Origin: Glycera tridactyla
Taxonomy: Eukaryota
Assembly (NCBI GenBank): GCA_965644265.1
Contig: OZ286475.1
Span: forward strand, 11,098,001 to 11,162,000
DNA: 64,000 bases
Direction: 5' to 3'
The notes under the pieces are model-generated. The model made no database searches and was not told where the DNA came from. It was given only the letters and a program-made list of their open reading frames with translations. The position numbers and the translations under genes are program-made. Shown here piece by piece: positions 11,791-25,758 of the stretch. Every line of letters begins with the position of its first letter. Position 1 is the stretch's first letter.

Positions 11791-14564
11791 TCGAGCACTT
11801 CATGTGAAGTGTTGTGTTGAGAAGCAGTTGTTCCGATGATGTGAAGCGCTTCTTGCTTGTTTGACTCCTATTCATCCCAATCAGAGGACTGAAGTCTCTC
11901 ATCATCATCACCATCATCATCACCTTGACAACTGAAGCAACAAAAAGAATAAGCTAGACTAAGTGAGGACACCCCCAGGCTCTCTCCAACCATATGATAT
12001 GTAAGTAGATAAGCTATGACTTGCAGCCAAATCAATTATCACTTAAGTCTCTCATCATAATCACCATCATCATCACCTTGTTTGTTTTGTTCTTAACAGT
12101 TTTATTCCGTCATAATACATTTAAACACATGAGTAGAACAGTGTTCATCTTCCGGATGACGAAAACATTGCAACAATATAAACTATTATACAATGATGTG
12201 TCAGCGATAACTATCGTTGAAGACCGCCTGAGCAATACAGATGACCCAGATTCAACAAATGTTCGTATAGTTAGCCTGCAAATGACTAGTGTGACTAGGA
12301 TCGATTCTCTTCTTTGTAGTAGTACTACACTTCTATTCCCCAGAATACAGCATAGTACAGCAATGTACAGCAGCTGTGGGGGAAGGCCAGGAAGACTTCA
12401 GGACTAACTTCACGAAGTCCAACCACTTGCAGAGTCCTCAGATGAATCCTGAAGCTTCCCTCTTCCACCACAGCTTTATATATATCATGAGTGTCAACCA
12501 CACACAGGGCACATCATACACACCACATGCGTAGTACATGTCCAAACCGGTTCTCAATCATGCCTCATGGTCACGACTCAAGGTCACGACTGTGAGCTAT
12601 GACTCACACCACTCCGTCATACAAAAGAATGTTGAGTACGAGTAGACATGGATAGAGCGCAGCGCAGTGAGTAAACAAAGTAGGTATAGATCTGTTCCAG
12701 GTTCAATGCCAAAAACTGCTTGAATACCCTCACTTCTCAGAAACACTCACTGTCGTTATGTAGAACGACATGACTAACCATAGGATACCATATCCAGACT
12801 CTTCAGATATCGTCATATTTCATGAATCCGTATTTTACCATTGAGAGATGAGAGGGTGTGGGGTGATCATGTACAATGAATATAAGGAGGGATGGATGAT
12901 GTGGGGATAAATAAAAAGACCCAATAATCGAGTTACAATAATCACGGGGTCAATCACAATTCACTGGCTGACATCAATTATGGTTACTACCTACAGTTTG
13001 TGAGATAAGGCTCCAATACAACATCAGATATGATCACCTAGGACATAATACAGCTTATGTTTCCCACAATAAATGCTTGATCTAATTTTGAAGAACTTGA
13101 CTCAAAACGTGGATACCTGCAGACCAAAGGATTCACTAGGTCCACTAGGTCCATGCGATTCATGAGATCTGTTTCATCTTTTGGCTCCATGTGTACTGCC
13201 TAGCTCTCAATCTCGAAAAACAAACAAAAACAAAAAACAATGCTGACAGTAATGGAACAGTACAGAGTAGAAAGAACAGATCAGATGAGATGCCTACAGA
13301 TGTAGTTGCTGATGCAGATGCAAAGCAGATGTAGATGCAGTTTGTTGAACAGCGGCAAGGGACGAGTACATGAAGATACTAAGCACAAAACTCCAGATCA
13401 GAAGCACAAGCACACATCAAGCACACATGTACAAAACACCGGAAGTGAAGGAGCACAAAAAGGAAAGAAAGTACAAAAAGTACAAAAGTACAAAAAAACG
13501 AAATACAGAAGCGCAAAGGCAATGGACACATGCGACACTAATCATGATCATATTGCTCGAACATAATGCATAGTACAGGCTTCGACATTAGCATGAATGT
13601 ATATACAATAGTTAGGTACAATCATAGTCCCAGACCTAGTCATACACATTGCACTGAGAAGTTCGAGAGTTTTGGTAGTTACTTTTATTGAGCTGCAGCA
13701 CTGCGAAAGCAAGAAGCAAAAGCAAACCTTGACAACTGGATCAACAGATGAGCCTAGGTGAAACACCTATCATGCTTAATTCAATCATATGATATGCCGG
13801 CAGATGATTCCATGACTGGCAGTCCAATCAATTATTACAGAGCTGAACTGCGGTGTGCCCTGCTTGCTATGATTGCTAGAACCAGCTGTTAGGTCAGCTT
13901 TGCAACTACATATTTTGAGAACTGATAGAGATACGGACATCAATATGGACTGTTGCTGGATGTACGCTGAAAGACAAGTTTCATTTTGAATTCAGATTGT
14001 TATATCGAAGATTGAAGACCGTAGGGGGTTGGATTCCATCTCACTTTTCATTTTTCACCAAAGAGTGAGTCCGTCCCTGAAAGTCACAGCGTTGTACTTG
14101 AGGTCCCAATCTGCAACTTCCCGGTCCTAGATTTCAGCTCTTTGAGATTGTATATAAGATTTGACTTCGGAATATGTGGGCACTTTGTATCGATGCCCTA
14201 AGGGGTGTGCGTCATGGACCCTGTAAGGTTGGTCCTGAGTCTCATTGCTCGAGTTAGTACCATCGTGTTTTATGTTATTTTTCTGATTGGTCGAGTAGGA
14301 ATCATGCTTCAGGGGTCAAACCTGTATTCCGACTAAGTGCCCCAACCAGCTGATGTTGGGGATTTCTATGTTGTGGAGAAAGGACAATTTTTTCGTATTC
14401 ATAGCAAATATCCCTGTCATTTGCTTCAACTGGTATGAATGAGTGAAGATGGAATTTGAAGCTTCAGCATATTGCATCTGTTGTCATGTAATTCGACAAC
14501 TAGAGATGACCAAAAAATCAATCAATTGACCAATCAATCAATTAATCAGGTCAACTCACGAATC

Positions 14565-14755
14565 ATTCGATCGTTCAATCTTCAGGAACTGACCTCGTCC
14601 CCGGAATCTCTTGCTCGTCAGGCTATTGAGGTGATATCAGCTCCGATCAATCAATCAATCAGTTCAGCTCACAAATCATTTGATCATTCAATCTATAGGA
14701 ACTGACCTTCTCTCCGGAATCTCCTCGTCAGGCTATTAAGGTGATATCAGCTCCC
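14565..14755. repeat. Local direct duplication (~110-bp period)
   Basis: Two copies of ...TTCAATCT..AGGAACTGACC...CCGGAATCTC...CTCGTCAGGCTATT(G/A)AGGTGATATCAGCTCC. Confidence 0.75.
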
Positions 14756-15437
14756 CCTATTTTGAATTTTATTTGACAGAAGTGGATGATGGTTATCAAT
14801 GCAAAATTCATATGATTGATCACTGCGTAGAAGAATTACCTGGCACGCTATAATCATATATGATAGTATGATTCATCATGATCAGACTTCAGATTGCCGA
14901 ACATCTCAACAATCCATGACTGTGATTTTTATATACATCGGATGTATACTGAGAACATTGCCAATAGGTTTCAAAATGTTGTTTGGCTCCAAAAAAATGG
15001 CAATAGAGGTGCCACCGCTGTAGATGATGATGACATAGATGATAAGGATGGTGAGGCAGGAGATAACATTTGTACCAGCAGCAGTGCATGTTAATAATGT
15101 ATCCTTCAGGCACAGCAGCAAGATGCTGATGAAACTGATAACACTAGTTCATGGTCAATAATTGATTGGTATGGGTTTGTGTTCTGAGGCTCGTTGCTGA
15201 CTTGTCATTCATGTGGTCTGCAGGGAGTCCTGAAAGTATGTATTAGGGGTTACGTTCAGCTGATGGAATTGCAGGTATCACTCGAATTATGGACACAAAC
15301 TCATACAAGGAATGATCAGCGACATCATTAGTTTCTGATACTATGCCATCAGCTGTTCGAAGTCCACCTAAATTTCGCTGCCATGGCAACCAAGATTAAT
15401 GTATGATCAAGGCAGAGCAATCATAGGTTTAGGAGTT

Positions 15438-16773
15438 GTCAGATCATCTGTTTGATGGTGTTCATCACTGACCTACTAGCATAGTTCACAGTTAGGTAAA
15501 ATCATTTGATCAATGGTGTTCATCACTGCCATACTAGTACAGTTCTCAGTCAGGTCAAATCATTTGATCAATGGTGTTCATCACTGACATACTAGCAAAC
15601 TTCTCAGTTCGGTCAAATTATTTGACTAATGGTGTTCATCACTGGCATACTAGCACACTTCTCAGTTAGGTCGAATCATTTGATCAATGGTGTTCATCAC
15701 TGGCATACTAACACAGTTCTCAGTTAGGTCAAATCATTTGATTAATGGTGTTCATCACTGACATACTAGCACACCTCTCAGTTAGGTCAATTCATTTGAT
15801 CAATGGTGTTCATCACTGGCATACTAACACAGTTCTCAGTTAGGTCAAACCATTGATCAATGGTGTTTATCACTGACATACTAGCACACCTCTCAGTTAG
15901 GTCAATTCATTTGATCAATGGTGTTCATCACTGGCATACTAACACAGTTCTCAGTTAGGTCAAATCATTTGATCAATGGTGTTCATCACTGGCATACTAA
16001 CACAGTTCTCAGTTAAGTCGAATTATTTGATTAATGGTGTTCATCACTGGCATACTAGCACAGTTCTCAGTTAGGTCAAATCATTTGATTAATGGTGTTC
16101 ATCACTGACATACTAGCACACCTCTCAGTTAGGTCAATCCATTTGATCAATGGTGTTCATCACTGGCATACTAACACAGTTCTCAGTTAGGTCAAATCAT
16201 TTGATCAATGGTGTTCATCACTGACATACTAGCACACCTCTCAGTTAGGTCGAATTATTTGATCAATGGTGTTCATCACTGGCATACTAACACAGTTCTC
16301 AGTTAGGTCAAATCATTTGATCGATGGTGTTCATCACTGGCATACTAACACAGTTCTCAGTTAGGGCGAATTATTTGATTAATGGTGTTCATCACTGGCA
16401 TACTAGCACAGTTCTCAGTTAGGTCAAATCATTTGATCAATGATGTTCATCACTGACATACTAGCACACCTCTCAGTTAGGTCAATTCATTTGATCAATG
16501 GTGTTCATCACTGGCATACTAACACAGTTCTCAGTTAGGTCAAATCATTTGATCAATGGTGTTCATCACTGGCATACTAACACAGTTCTCAGTTAGGTCG
16601 AATTATTTGATTAATGGTGTTCATCACTGGCATACTAGCACAGTTCCCATTTAAGTCGAATTATTTGATTAATGGTGTTTATCACTGGCATATTAGCACA
16701 CTTCTCAGTTCGGTCAAATCATTTGATTAATGGTGTTCATCACTGGCATACCAGCACACTTCTCAGTTAGGTC
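15438..16773. repeat. 58-bp minisatellite, ~23 copies
   Basis: Unit GTCAAATCATTTGATCAATGGTGTTCATCACTGGCATACTAACACAGTTCTCAGTTAG, head-to-tail with no spacers. Confidence 0.95.
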
Positions 16774-18089
16774 TCTGATTTCGATATGATTACGGTTTTT
16801 AGGGACGTTTTGGCAAGAATTCATTTTTTTTTACATACAAATTATCCATCATTCGAAGATATCAACCAACTGAAATCACCTCAATGTGTTATTATGTTGC
16901 CCTAAAGTGGGGGCATATCAGCAAGCTTCTTACAAACAAATACATGACATACTGATATAAGAGAGATTCCTCTACATGGAGGACGTTTTTTCCGCACAGT
17001 GTTTAGATTAGTAATGGCAAAATGGGTGTTCATGTTCATGCTCCCAGTATCACTCCCCTTATTAATACAAATCTTCCACCTCAATCATCCGGCATGAGTA
17101 AACTTTCAGCAATACCATCAGGCTATTTTTGCATGCTTCTGGAGAAACTGTTCATGGACACATGCATATTTTAGTCGAGCTGAAATGATGAAAGTTTATT
17201 GCATTCTATGACCATTGTTTGTCCACAGCAAAACATGTGTTCTTGGTCTTGATGCCAGTTTTTATGATACTCTTGTCCCTACAGATCGAATGTGGCCAAT
17301 CTGTGAATATGTTTGAGTTTATACTTCCGATATGAGTTGTATTTGGATGGTAGAATTCGTAAGTTTTTCAACCCTCGGTTCTTTTGGGAATTTTTGCTGC
17401 ATTGGATTTTATCAACATCATTATCATTATTGATATCATCATTATTATTATTATTAATGTTATTATTATTTTCAATATTATTATCATCATTATTATCATT
17501 TTTCCCCTCAGACTTGAATGTTGAGGGCCTCCAGGAATTTTTATAGATTTCTAGCAGGAAGAAGAAAAAAATACAGCTGCCTATTGTCACATAGGAGCAA
17601 TCTTTCGATCTGGAAAATTTTGGTCATTGTGACCAGATTTTAATTCTAATCTTGTGGTGCATTTCTGGATGTGAACTGCTCAATATTACAACATTTCTAC
17701 TTTATTCTCAACCGTTTAAAAGGGATATCATCGATATCCGATGAGTGGACTAGCATCTTAAGGAAAGGGAAACCTATGCTAAAAATGACATTTGTTTCGG
17801 TGTTCTCTCGTGACGTCATAAACACTGGTGATGTCACAGAATCTTGGCGCTTTGAGAGGATTATTATACTATCCAACCTAATCTGCCATTGTTGGGGAGG
17901 GTCTATGGACCCATGAGAACTAAGAACATGTGTCAGCCATCATGGGCCCTGAGAGTATGTGGGAGTATAACACAGTCCATAGTCTCCTGTGATGTCGCGG
18001 AACCCGTGCTGTCTATGACGTCACCCATCACAACGACAGAAGGACAAGACCTTCAGATCTCTGTCGAATTCTTCAAGTATACAGGCATT

Positions 18090-18312
18090 ATTATCATTTT
18101 TACTGTAACCATTATTATATTAATTGTCATCATTATTATCATCATCATTATCATCAATATTATCATTATCATCATCATCATGATAATTATAATTATCATT
18201 ATCATCTCCATTATCATTTCTTGGCATACTGATGATGATGATCTCTTTTTTATTCATCAATATTCCAAAAATATCATCAATAGTATCATTATCATCATTA
18301 TTATTATAATCT
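18090..18312. repeat. (ATC/ATT)n low-complexity tract (similar tracts at 17410-17500, 25530-25570, 36205-36300, 44995-45145, 58980-59047)
   Basis: Degenerate trinucleotide repeats that produce spurious poly-Ile and poly-Asp ORFs. Confidence 0.85.
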
Positions 18313-18649
18313 AAAGAATCAGAAGCCCTGTTCACCTACTGCCCCGCCCCTTCTTCCTTTTTACAGAGAAGGACAGGTGAAATTACCAATATGAGAAAAC
18401 GATAGATACAATTGAAATTAGAACAATTGATGGAGGGATCTTTCAAAACTTTTTCGTCTGCATACAGTCAGTGGGAGTATGACAGGTGCGCTCATTTGTA
18501 ATGCTGATCGTCCATTCTGACAAGAGGCATATCATTGCCGTTGTCAAGATGACATTGATGATTATCATGTCATGTGCTTCAGACAAGCAGTTAGTAAGCT
18601 GAAATGGGACACATCACTGGCACAACTGACTGTCAACACAATCCCTAAA

Positions 18650-18707
18650 ATGAGGTGGTTGTCCATCTCACAAGTTCTACTTGCTGGGCTTCTGGTCGAT
18701 GTTTCCT
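18650..18707 (+). CDS. Paralogue C exon 1, signal peptide MRWLSISQVLLAGLLVDVS
   Basis: ATG at 18650, T|GTAAGT donor, 58 nt; homologous to B exon 1. Confidence 0.75.
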
Positions 18708-21700
18708 GTAAGTTACTTTCAACTTCTGTCAAATTTCAGGACATATTTTCTGATACTTGTTCGCCAGACCCTGCTCTGAAGGTCCACCAGACTCATCATC
18801 ACAGAGAAATCAGTTTTTCAATGTTTTCCAGCTATATTCCATTGAGTTCCCGATTTCTTTTTGTTCTGTAAAAATATTGTAAGGTAGCATTTCTTGCTGA
18901 AGGCGATGTCATCGGACTCCACTGATCAAATAGCAGAAATGGGGTTCTATCGTACTTGACAACTCCTTCAATTTGGTTACTGCTTGCATTGAGCAACCAA
19001 GTTCGTGATATATTTGTCCGAAGGACAACTTCTGATTCGAGGGATCACCAGCGATACTGGTGCCATCTTGAATTTACTGACTTGAAACCATACCGCAAGC
19101 ATGCAGGAATCGAAAGTAATCATAGCTGGCATTGAAAGAGCAATAGCTAGGAGTCCCCTAGCTTCCATCGCCAGACCCTCCAAAAGGTCCAAAGTCAACT
19201 ATGAATTGGCAGAAATTAGCATTTGCTTCATGCCAGCTGGACATAACAGCAACGTTTATTTTGCTCTTCCGATTCACAAAATTCCTATAAGCGATTTGAC
19301 GAATCCCTTGTCTGCAAAAAATTGAAAAGTTATATTCTCCTAATTTTCGACTTTTTTTTTATAGAAATCCTCCTCACATTCGTATTTGTGAATAAAACTG
19401 GTTCAATGCAAGTGATTTTCAATGCTCAGAGAAAGTCAACACTTGAAAACAATAGAGCAGAGTGAAGAAAACTGTGTTCATTTGAGAGTCATGGATGAGA
19501 CCATACTTGATTGCTGAAACATGTGAATAATGTCAGCCCTCCCACCATAAAGTTATGATAGAGATCAACTATGGCATGCCTACAGATACCTATCTGTTTC
19601 ACTGCCTGCAGGAAGAATATAGTATCTTCTTCTCCAGATGATGATTTATGGAAGTTTTGATCAGTCATATACTGCCTTCATCTGAACATCCCATTTATTC
19701 TTGGTCAGCTATTCATGAGTTATAGGTATGTCAATTTCCCCTTGTCATATCCATATGAATAGTCATACTGGTTGAATAAGACGAAGAAGGGATATAGTCT
19801 ATGAGAGTAAACTTGTTTACCGGAATCCTTCAAGAGGTCATCTATTTGCCTGATTATCAGGCTACTCCGAGTAAGTATGATGTTTCACTACATAGTTGTA
19901 GCATCACCTCTCATCACTTTGTAGATGGGGTAGAGCTTGCTTGGTCTCCAGTGCCAGCAGCTCCAATCGATGCTGATGCCATCCCAAACAGCTCACTGGC
20001 AATCTCCTTACCATCAATACACAACACTGCCTACTTCGTGAGAATTTCTTACAACAGAGGCCAGTATATCTCCAAAGCAAGCACTTTCTGGGATGTCTAC
20101 CTGTTCATTTATAATGCAACAAAAAACGTCCACTACGATGGCGATGGTGAAATCCTCACCATACCTCAGGGAGCGTGCCAATGGGGCTTTTTCGACCCGA
20201 CACAGATTGACTTGCCAAGCACTGCCGTGAAAGGTCAGTTGATTCCCAGATTAATAGCATGTATGCCGATCTTTCATAACAGTCAAACGGCTTCTTCACT
20301 CTGAAAAAGCATGGTATTGCTTCTCCAAAGGAATGTCATGGGCCAGAATGGACCATGCACTGGCTCACGTGCCGCTTCCAACATGTTTGGTACTGCTCTG
20401 TCTTGCGTAACTCATCCATTTTAAAGTATCCTGAGAAGGCCTGAGGACTGTGTTTTTCTCCTTCGAGTGCAAACAATACAGCAAGAACGATATCATATAC
20501 ACGATGTGAAGAGGGACATTACAGAGCTCGGTATCGGTAGTACATTGTGGATGAGACCAGCCAATAATACTGACCAAATGAAAACACTACTGTGGTGCCT
20601 AACTCATGGCCTGATAGGTCTTGCCATTTCGCTGTGGACTGTCCTCGAGCAGTATTGCAAATCTGATGACATCGTATTCCTGTAAAAGTCTAGTCTAATC
20701 TTATGATTCCAATCGACGAATTTTGACGAACAGTGATTTTTTGGTATGATGTTGTTGAATGCAAATTGAGCAAATTCCATCTTATGTGCTTGACCATTGT
20801 TGTTGTAGGTGGCTGGGACAACTTAGGAAGAAGTCTCTATCTCGCCAGATCGGCTGATAGTGGTGACGACCGTCATTATCCAGGGTACTATGTTGTGGAG
20901 AAGAAAACCTTCTTTCTTCAATACTATGGTATAGTGTTGAAGAACACAATGGATCTTCTTCTCTGCGGTGTGTAATGGGCAGGGTGGGGTCAACTAGTTG
21001 GTAGTGGCTGAAGTGTGTAAGTGGTGGTGATAACACTTCTGAGGCATATGTTTCGTCATCCTCATCAGCACCATCTTCATCTTCCTTGATCCCCCCCCTC
21101 CTTTTTCTCCTTGTCTCTTTCCTTCTCTCCCTCCCCCTCATTTTTCTCCGACTCTTTTCCCTACTCTCTCTCCTCTTCGTTATCATTGTCATTATGATCG
21201 CCGTCATCACTACAACCACCGTCACCGCAGACAGCAGTACCGCCATGATGCCTTGATAATAGATCTTCATTGAACAATCCCAACCACTGCCATAAAACAC
21301 ACCACTTCACCTACCACCCCCTCATATCATGACTACCATGACTACCATGACTAGCACCACCATGACAAACACGACCATCACCATAGCTACAACAAGTACA
21401 AAAATGATCACTAACTTTGCTCAAGTGCACATACTTTTCAAAAATACTTTTTGGTCATCAGTACAACCACCTCTGCCACCACAGTCATCACCACCATGAC
21501 CACCATCGCCTCCATCATCATCTACAATACAATATATGGCATGAGCTGTCCACAGTACTTCGGAAGAAAATTCATCACGATCACCACCACTGCCACCACT
21601 AGAATCACCACAACACATACAATCCCACAAGTAAAAATCTAAGACCAACATCTTAAGTATATCTACCAATACAACCACCACCTCTACCAACACCACCACT

Positions 21701-22817
21701 GACACAAGAAAGATTTCAGGTTCTGTAGGAGGGGTGATTTGCTCATTGGTTGTGCAAGTTGCATATTTATATAGGGCCAAGGTCCCCCAAGGTCCCCCAA
21801 CATCCTCTATTGTTCAGAAATGACGAGTGTCAGTCTTCCTATACTCTGCATGCCCAAGGGCCATGACCAGGGCTGCCAGAAACGACTCTCAGAACATATG
21901 CAGACAGCAGATAGTCTGTGCGAGCCGACAGCCAGAAATACGAAATGAAGGTGTATACACATATCTAACAGAATGAAACCAGCTTCTTCCCAACCCCTGA
22001 CGAAAATGAGTATGACCCTATCCAGCATTTCGAATAATAGGGGCAAGAGGATAGGGATGCTAGGGTCCCGAGCCATTTATTACACGTGATACCACACCAC
22101 CAATCAGAATAGCGCCACTCTCTGTCTGTCAGTTCATTCATTCGTCCATGTGTCTGCCTGTCTTTCCTGGTTGTCCATCTTTTTTTCTCCAGACAGGGTT
22201 GTTTCGTTGTGCATATTCGAAATGTATAGGTTTCAAGGCAATGTATTTGATCACTATTGAACGGAATGTCGTTATATGTTTTGGGATTATTCATTGCGTT
22301 CCTCAGCCATGGCACATGTGATATTTGCTAGCTTTACAGTTATTGTTCACACAAACAGTCAGAAAAAAGAAATCTATAGACTGACTCATGCCAAACAAAT
22401 GAACTGATTTGATGACTGTAAGCAGGTACTCAGTTATTTTGGTTATCTTTGGTTATTTCGGTTATCTTTGGTTTTCTTCATTATGATGATCATCACTATT
22501 GGTTGTTAATGTAGATTCAATTAATCTTTCTCTCTCTTGTAGACTATTCACGAGCTCACCTCTTCACACCTCTGACACAAGTGATGTCATTGAGCACATC
22601 AAGCAGTGACCCAGTATGCACAGTCTCTGTTCAGCTGGATGTCGAAAGCCAATTAGAATGCGCTATCTGGTGCACACGGTCCCTCCCTTACCGCTGGATC
22701 TCTCTTGTACCAACACTTCAGGGGCACTACACATGTTTCCCTCACCAGCAATTTCAAGACAGTTGTCAGAAGGTATCAGGTGCAACTATTGTATTGCTCC
22801 GGAAAGCTCTACCATGA
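18650..22817 (+). CDS. Secreted DM9-DM9-PAN/Apple protein, paralogue C (4 exons, 266 aa)
   Basis: Exons 18650-18707, 19925-20233, 20809-20967 and 22543-22817 total 801 nt and form an open frame ending in TGA. All introns are GT-AG, phase 1. Confidence 0.85.
19925..20233 (+). CDS. Paralogue C exon 2, DM9 repeat 1
   Basis: TTTGTAG| GVELAWSPVPAAPIDADAIPNSSLAI...YFVRISYNRGQYISKA...GEILTIPQGACQWGFFDPTQIDLPSTAVK G|GTCAGT. Confidence 0.85.
20809..20967 (+). CDS. Paralogue C exon 3, DM9 repeat 2
   Basis: TTGTAG|GGWDNLGRSLYLARSADSGDDRHYPGYYVVEKKTFFLQYYGIVLKNTMDLLLC G|GTGTGT, 159 nt. Confidence 0.85.
22543..22817 (+). CDS. Paralogue C exon 4, PAN/Apple-like domain (one Cys changed to Tyr)
   Basis: CTTGTAG|DYSRAHLFTPLTQVM...ECAIWCTRSLPYRWISL...YTCFPHQQFQDSCQK...KALP*, 275 nt. 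Confidence 0.8.
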
Positions 22818-23365
22818 TAAGCAGATGATCATGTCGATACAACCAATGATGGTCCCAGTCCTAGATGGACTGGTGATGTGACTGGGATTGACCCTGATTG
22901 TGACAAGTGCAAACTTTGAACAACGATGTTCACCCATGTTCCCATATACGATTGTGAACTAGTGACATAACAAGAACTTGGTGCAATTGTCATGATGCTA
23001 CGTTTAGCCCTTCAAGATGATGCAGATGACAGAACTGATACAACCCATGATTGTTCTATTGGGATTGGTGATGTGAATAGGATCGACCTTGATGGCTACA
23101 AGCATGAATGGTGGAGCCAGACTATTTTGGCGATTCGTTAGTTTCCTTTCCACTTTAAACCAACTGTGATGAGCATGAATATATATTGATATTGCAAAAA
23201 TATCGTGTCAATAAAGAAGTGCTTGTTTATGAGGATGTCTTGGTCTGTGATATGATACAGCTGTACTTACTCCATCTATGCCATGTCCACTCGGCCCTTC
23301 ATGTCACTCATAATTCCTGAATAATAGGAATCTGAACTTCGTCAGGGGCCTAACTCATCATCAGA

Positions 23366-23972
23366 GTACGAGTAAGGTCCTCACCGATCAACATGGTAGA
23401 AGTATGGGCCTTACTAATCAACGGGGTACGAGAATGGACTCACTCATCAACGGGGGTTCAATAGGGGCCTTATTTACCAATAGGGTACAAGTAGGGCCCT
23501 ACCAATCAACAGGGTACACGTAGGGGCCTTACCAATCAACAGCATACAAGAATAGGCTTACTGATCAGCAGGGTACAATTGGGGCCTTACTAATCAACAA
23601 CGTACAAGTAGGGTCCTACGTATAAACAGAGTACACGTAGGGGCCTCACTGATAAACAGGGTACAAGTAAAGGTCTCACTAATCAACAGGGTACACGTAG
23701 GGGCTTCACTAATCAACAGGGTACAAGTAAAGGTCTCACTAATCAACAGGGTACACGTAGGGGCTTCATTAATCAACATGGTACAAGTAAAGGTCTAACT
23801 GATCAACAAGGTACACGTAGGGGCTTCACTAATCAACAGGGTACAAGTAAAGGTCTCACTGATCGACAAGGTACACGTATCGGCTTCACTAATCAACAGT
23901 GTGAAAGGTTTCACTAATCAACAGGATACAAGTAGGGGCCTACTCATCAAAATTGGTACAAGTAGGGGCACC
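23366..23972. repeat. 29/30-bp minisatellite with alternating 59-bp dimer, ~20 monomers
   Basis: GGGTACACGTAGGGGCTTCACTAATCAACA alternates with GGGTACAAGTAAAGGTCTCACTAATCAACA in the core, with degenerate flanks. Confidence 0.9.
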
Positions 23973-25758
23973 TGAGGTACCCAAGTCAGCGGCCAAAGAC
24001 ATGAGATGAAAAATTGAGAAGGAAACCAAAGGAGAAGCGTAGAGATTATGTTCCTTTTACATGGTACGTACATTCATTTATCTGGTGAGGAACGGCTTTA
24101 TCTGAGGGAATTTAATGAGTTGTATAGTACTCTTTTTGAGTATGTGTTTCTTGGAAAATACCATATGTGAATATAAGGAAATGAATATCACCCCAGCTCA
24201 GCTCATGAGACATGACCATGTATGGCAATGTTTTGTGATTCTCTCCTATAAAGTCACTTCACTCGACCTCCACACCAACCTGAACCAATATGATGCACCC
24301 ATACTGCTGAACTGTGTTTCAACCCCATGGTGCAATCCACTAGCTCAACCCAGGGTAAAACTAGGTGAGATCTACTCAAAATCCACTCATATTTACTAAA
24401 GTAATCCGCACAGATATGTGCTTCTATCTGAATTTCTTTGAGACATATAACTAGATTTCTTTTCTCTGAAATTTTCAATTTCCATGAACCTCGATTCGAA
24501 ATTCAAGTATATATGACTGGTTGAAACATATTTCAGCTGCGTCATCTTTTTTCAGATATTTTTGGCTATCAAAATAGACTTCAGAATGCGCTCCTGCTCA
24601 GTGTAGTGCCTATCACAAAATCTGAGAAGGGATCTGTTTTTCTGTAAGGCTGTGAATTATCGGTGCTGTTCCTCGAAACTACCAGAACTAACAGTACTGA
24701 GAGAACCTTATTTACATTCATTTTTTTTCCTGCTTGATACAACCCACATACAATCATTATCTTCGACTGAACCTCCTATTGGTAAACTATATATTGCATG
24801 CCCTTATGATTGGAATCATTCCATTATATAGTAATGCATGTTCTGTTTCGAACATTTTGATCTGCTATGTACTGTTTTGACCCGAAGAGGGGCAGGTATG
24901 TTCTCAGGATCTCCCCTTGGAGAGTAAAAATAAACAATTCAAATTCGAATTCAATTCAAAATCAAATTCGTTAATAAAATGAGCCACACTAGCAAGTTGA
25001 CTCTCGACCAGTTAATCGATGCTGGTACACAGGTGTCATGTTAATATACAGAAATGAACGGATCGACTATTTACGTGAAATTTGACCATTTTCTACCATG
25101 AAATCAGGTGTTATTGTTGAATCCTTTGAATGAATATGATCGCTATTGTTACTTTGGAAGGATGAATCGAGAAGAATGGGTGACTCAAAAAAAAGGGGAA
25201 CTGACTAAGATTTGAGTATTTGCAACCGTGCCCTAGCATCAAATATGCATGTATTCACATGATCAATACTGGCTCCTTCCATAGTCACATAGAGCAGAAC
25301 AAGTTGAGTGGGAGCTTGTAAAGGGCAACATTGATTGAGAGTGGAGTGATTAAATGGCCGGTAATTAGAAGGTCGGATACATATGGAGTTGACCAGAGCA
25401 TAATTGCCCTTTTAAGGGAAATGCCACGTAGTCAATCGAAGACCCCATACTTGTATAGGCGTTTATTGATTTGAAATGTGAGTACAATGGAGTTAGCTAG
25501 TCTATGACGACTTTTGGATATGTCGATAGCTACGATGATGATGATGATGATGATGATGATCATGATCATGATGGTGAATACAACTATGTTGACGACCATG
25601 ATTCTAATACTAGGGTAAGGTGCCCTAAAAAGATCTGACCTGGTCCAGAAAGTGTAATCTGAGATAGAAAGGGTTATGCGGTGGGGTATTGTCAATAAGC
25701 AAGAAGCAGGCTACAATTCACATGACCAGCGGCACTGACGGCGAATACAACTCAAGAC

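Noticed and set aside
11375-11807. ORF with an in-frame TGA at ~11523 (selenoprotein or readthrough)
   Set aside because: No recognisable domain or SECIS support; the downstream part is a 93-bp tandem repeat.
12021-12407. 128-aa ORF with hydrophobic N-terminus
   Set aside because: It has a non-ATG start, the hydrophobic part derives from an (ATC)n tract, and there is no motif or paralogue.
15438-16773. CRISPR-like regular array
   Set aside because: Units are contiguous with no unique spacers, there are no cas genes, and the context is eukaryotic.
17889-18335. Poly-Ile and poly-Asp/Asn ORFs as membrane or acidic proteins
   Set aside because: Translations of degenerate (ATC/ATT)n microsatellite.
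21230-21740. Thr-rich mucin-like extra exon in intron 3 of paralogue C
   Set aside because: The frame is broken by stops and shifts, there are no convincing splice sites, it is not conserved in sequence among paralogues, and exon 3 joins exon 4 in frame without it.
23594-23779. Repeat protein (TCTLLISEAP)n
   Set aside because: Chance translation of the 29/30-bp minisatellite.
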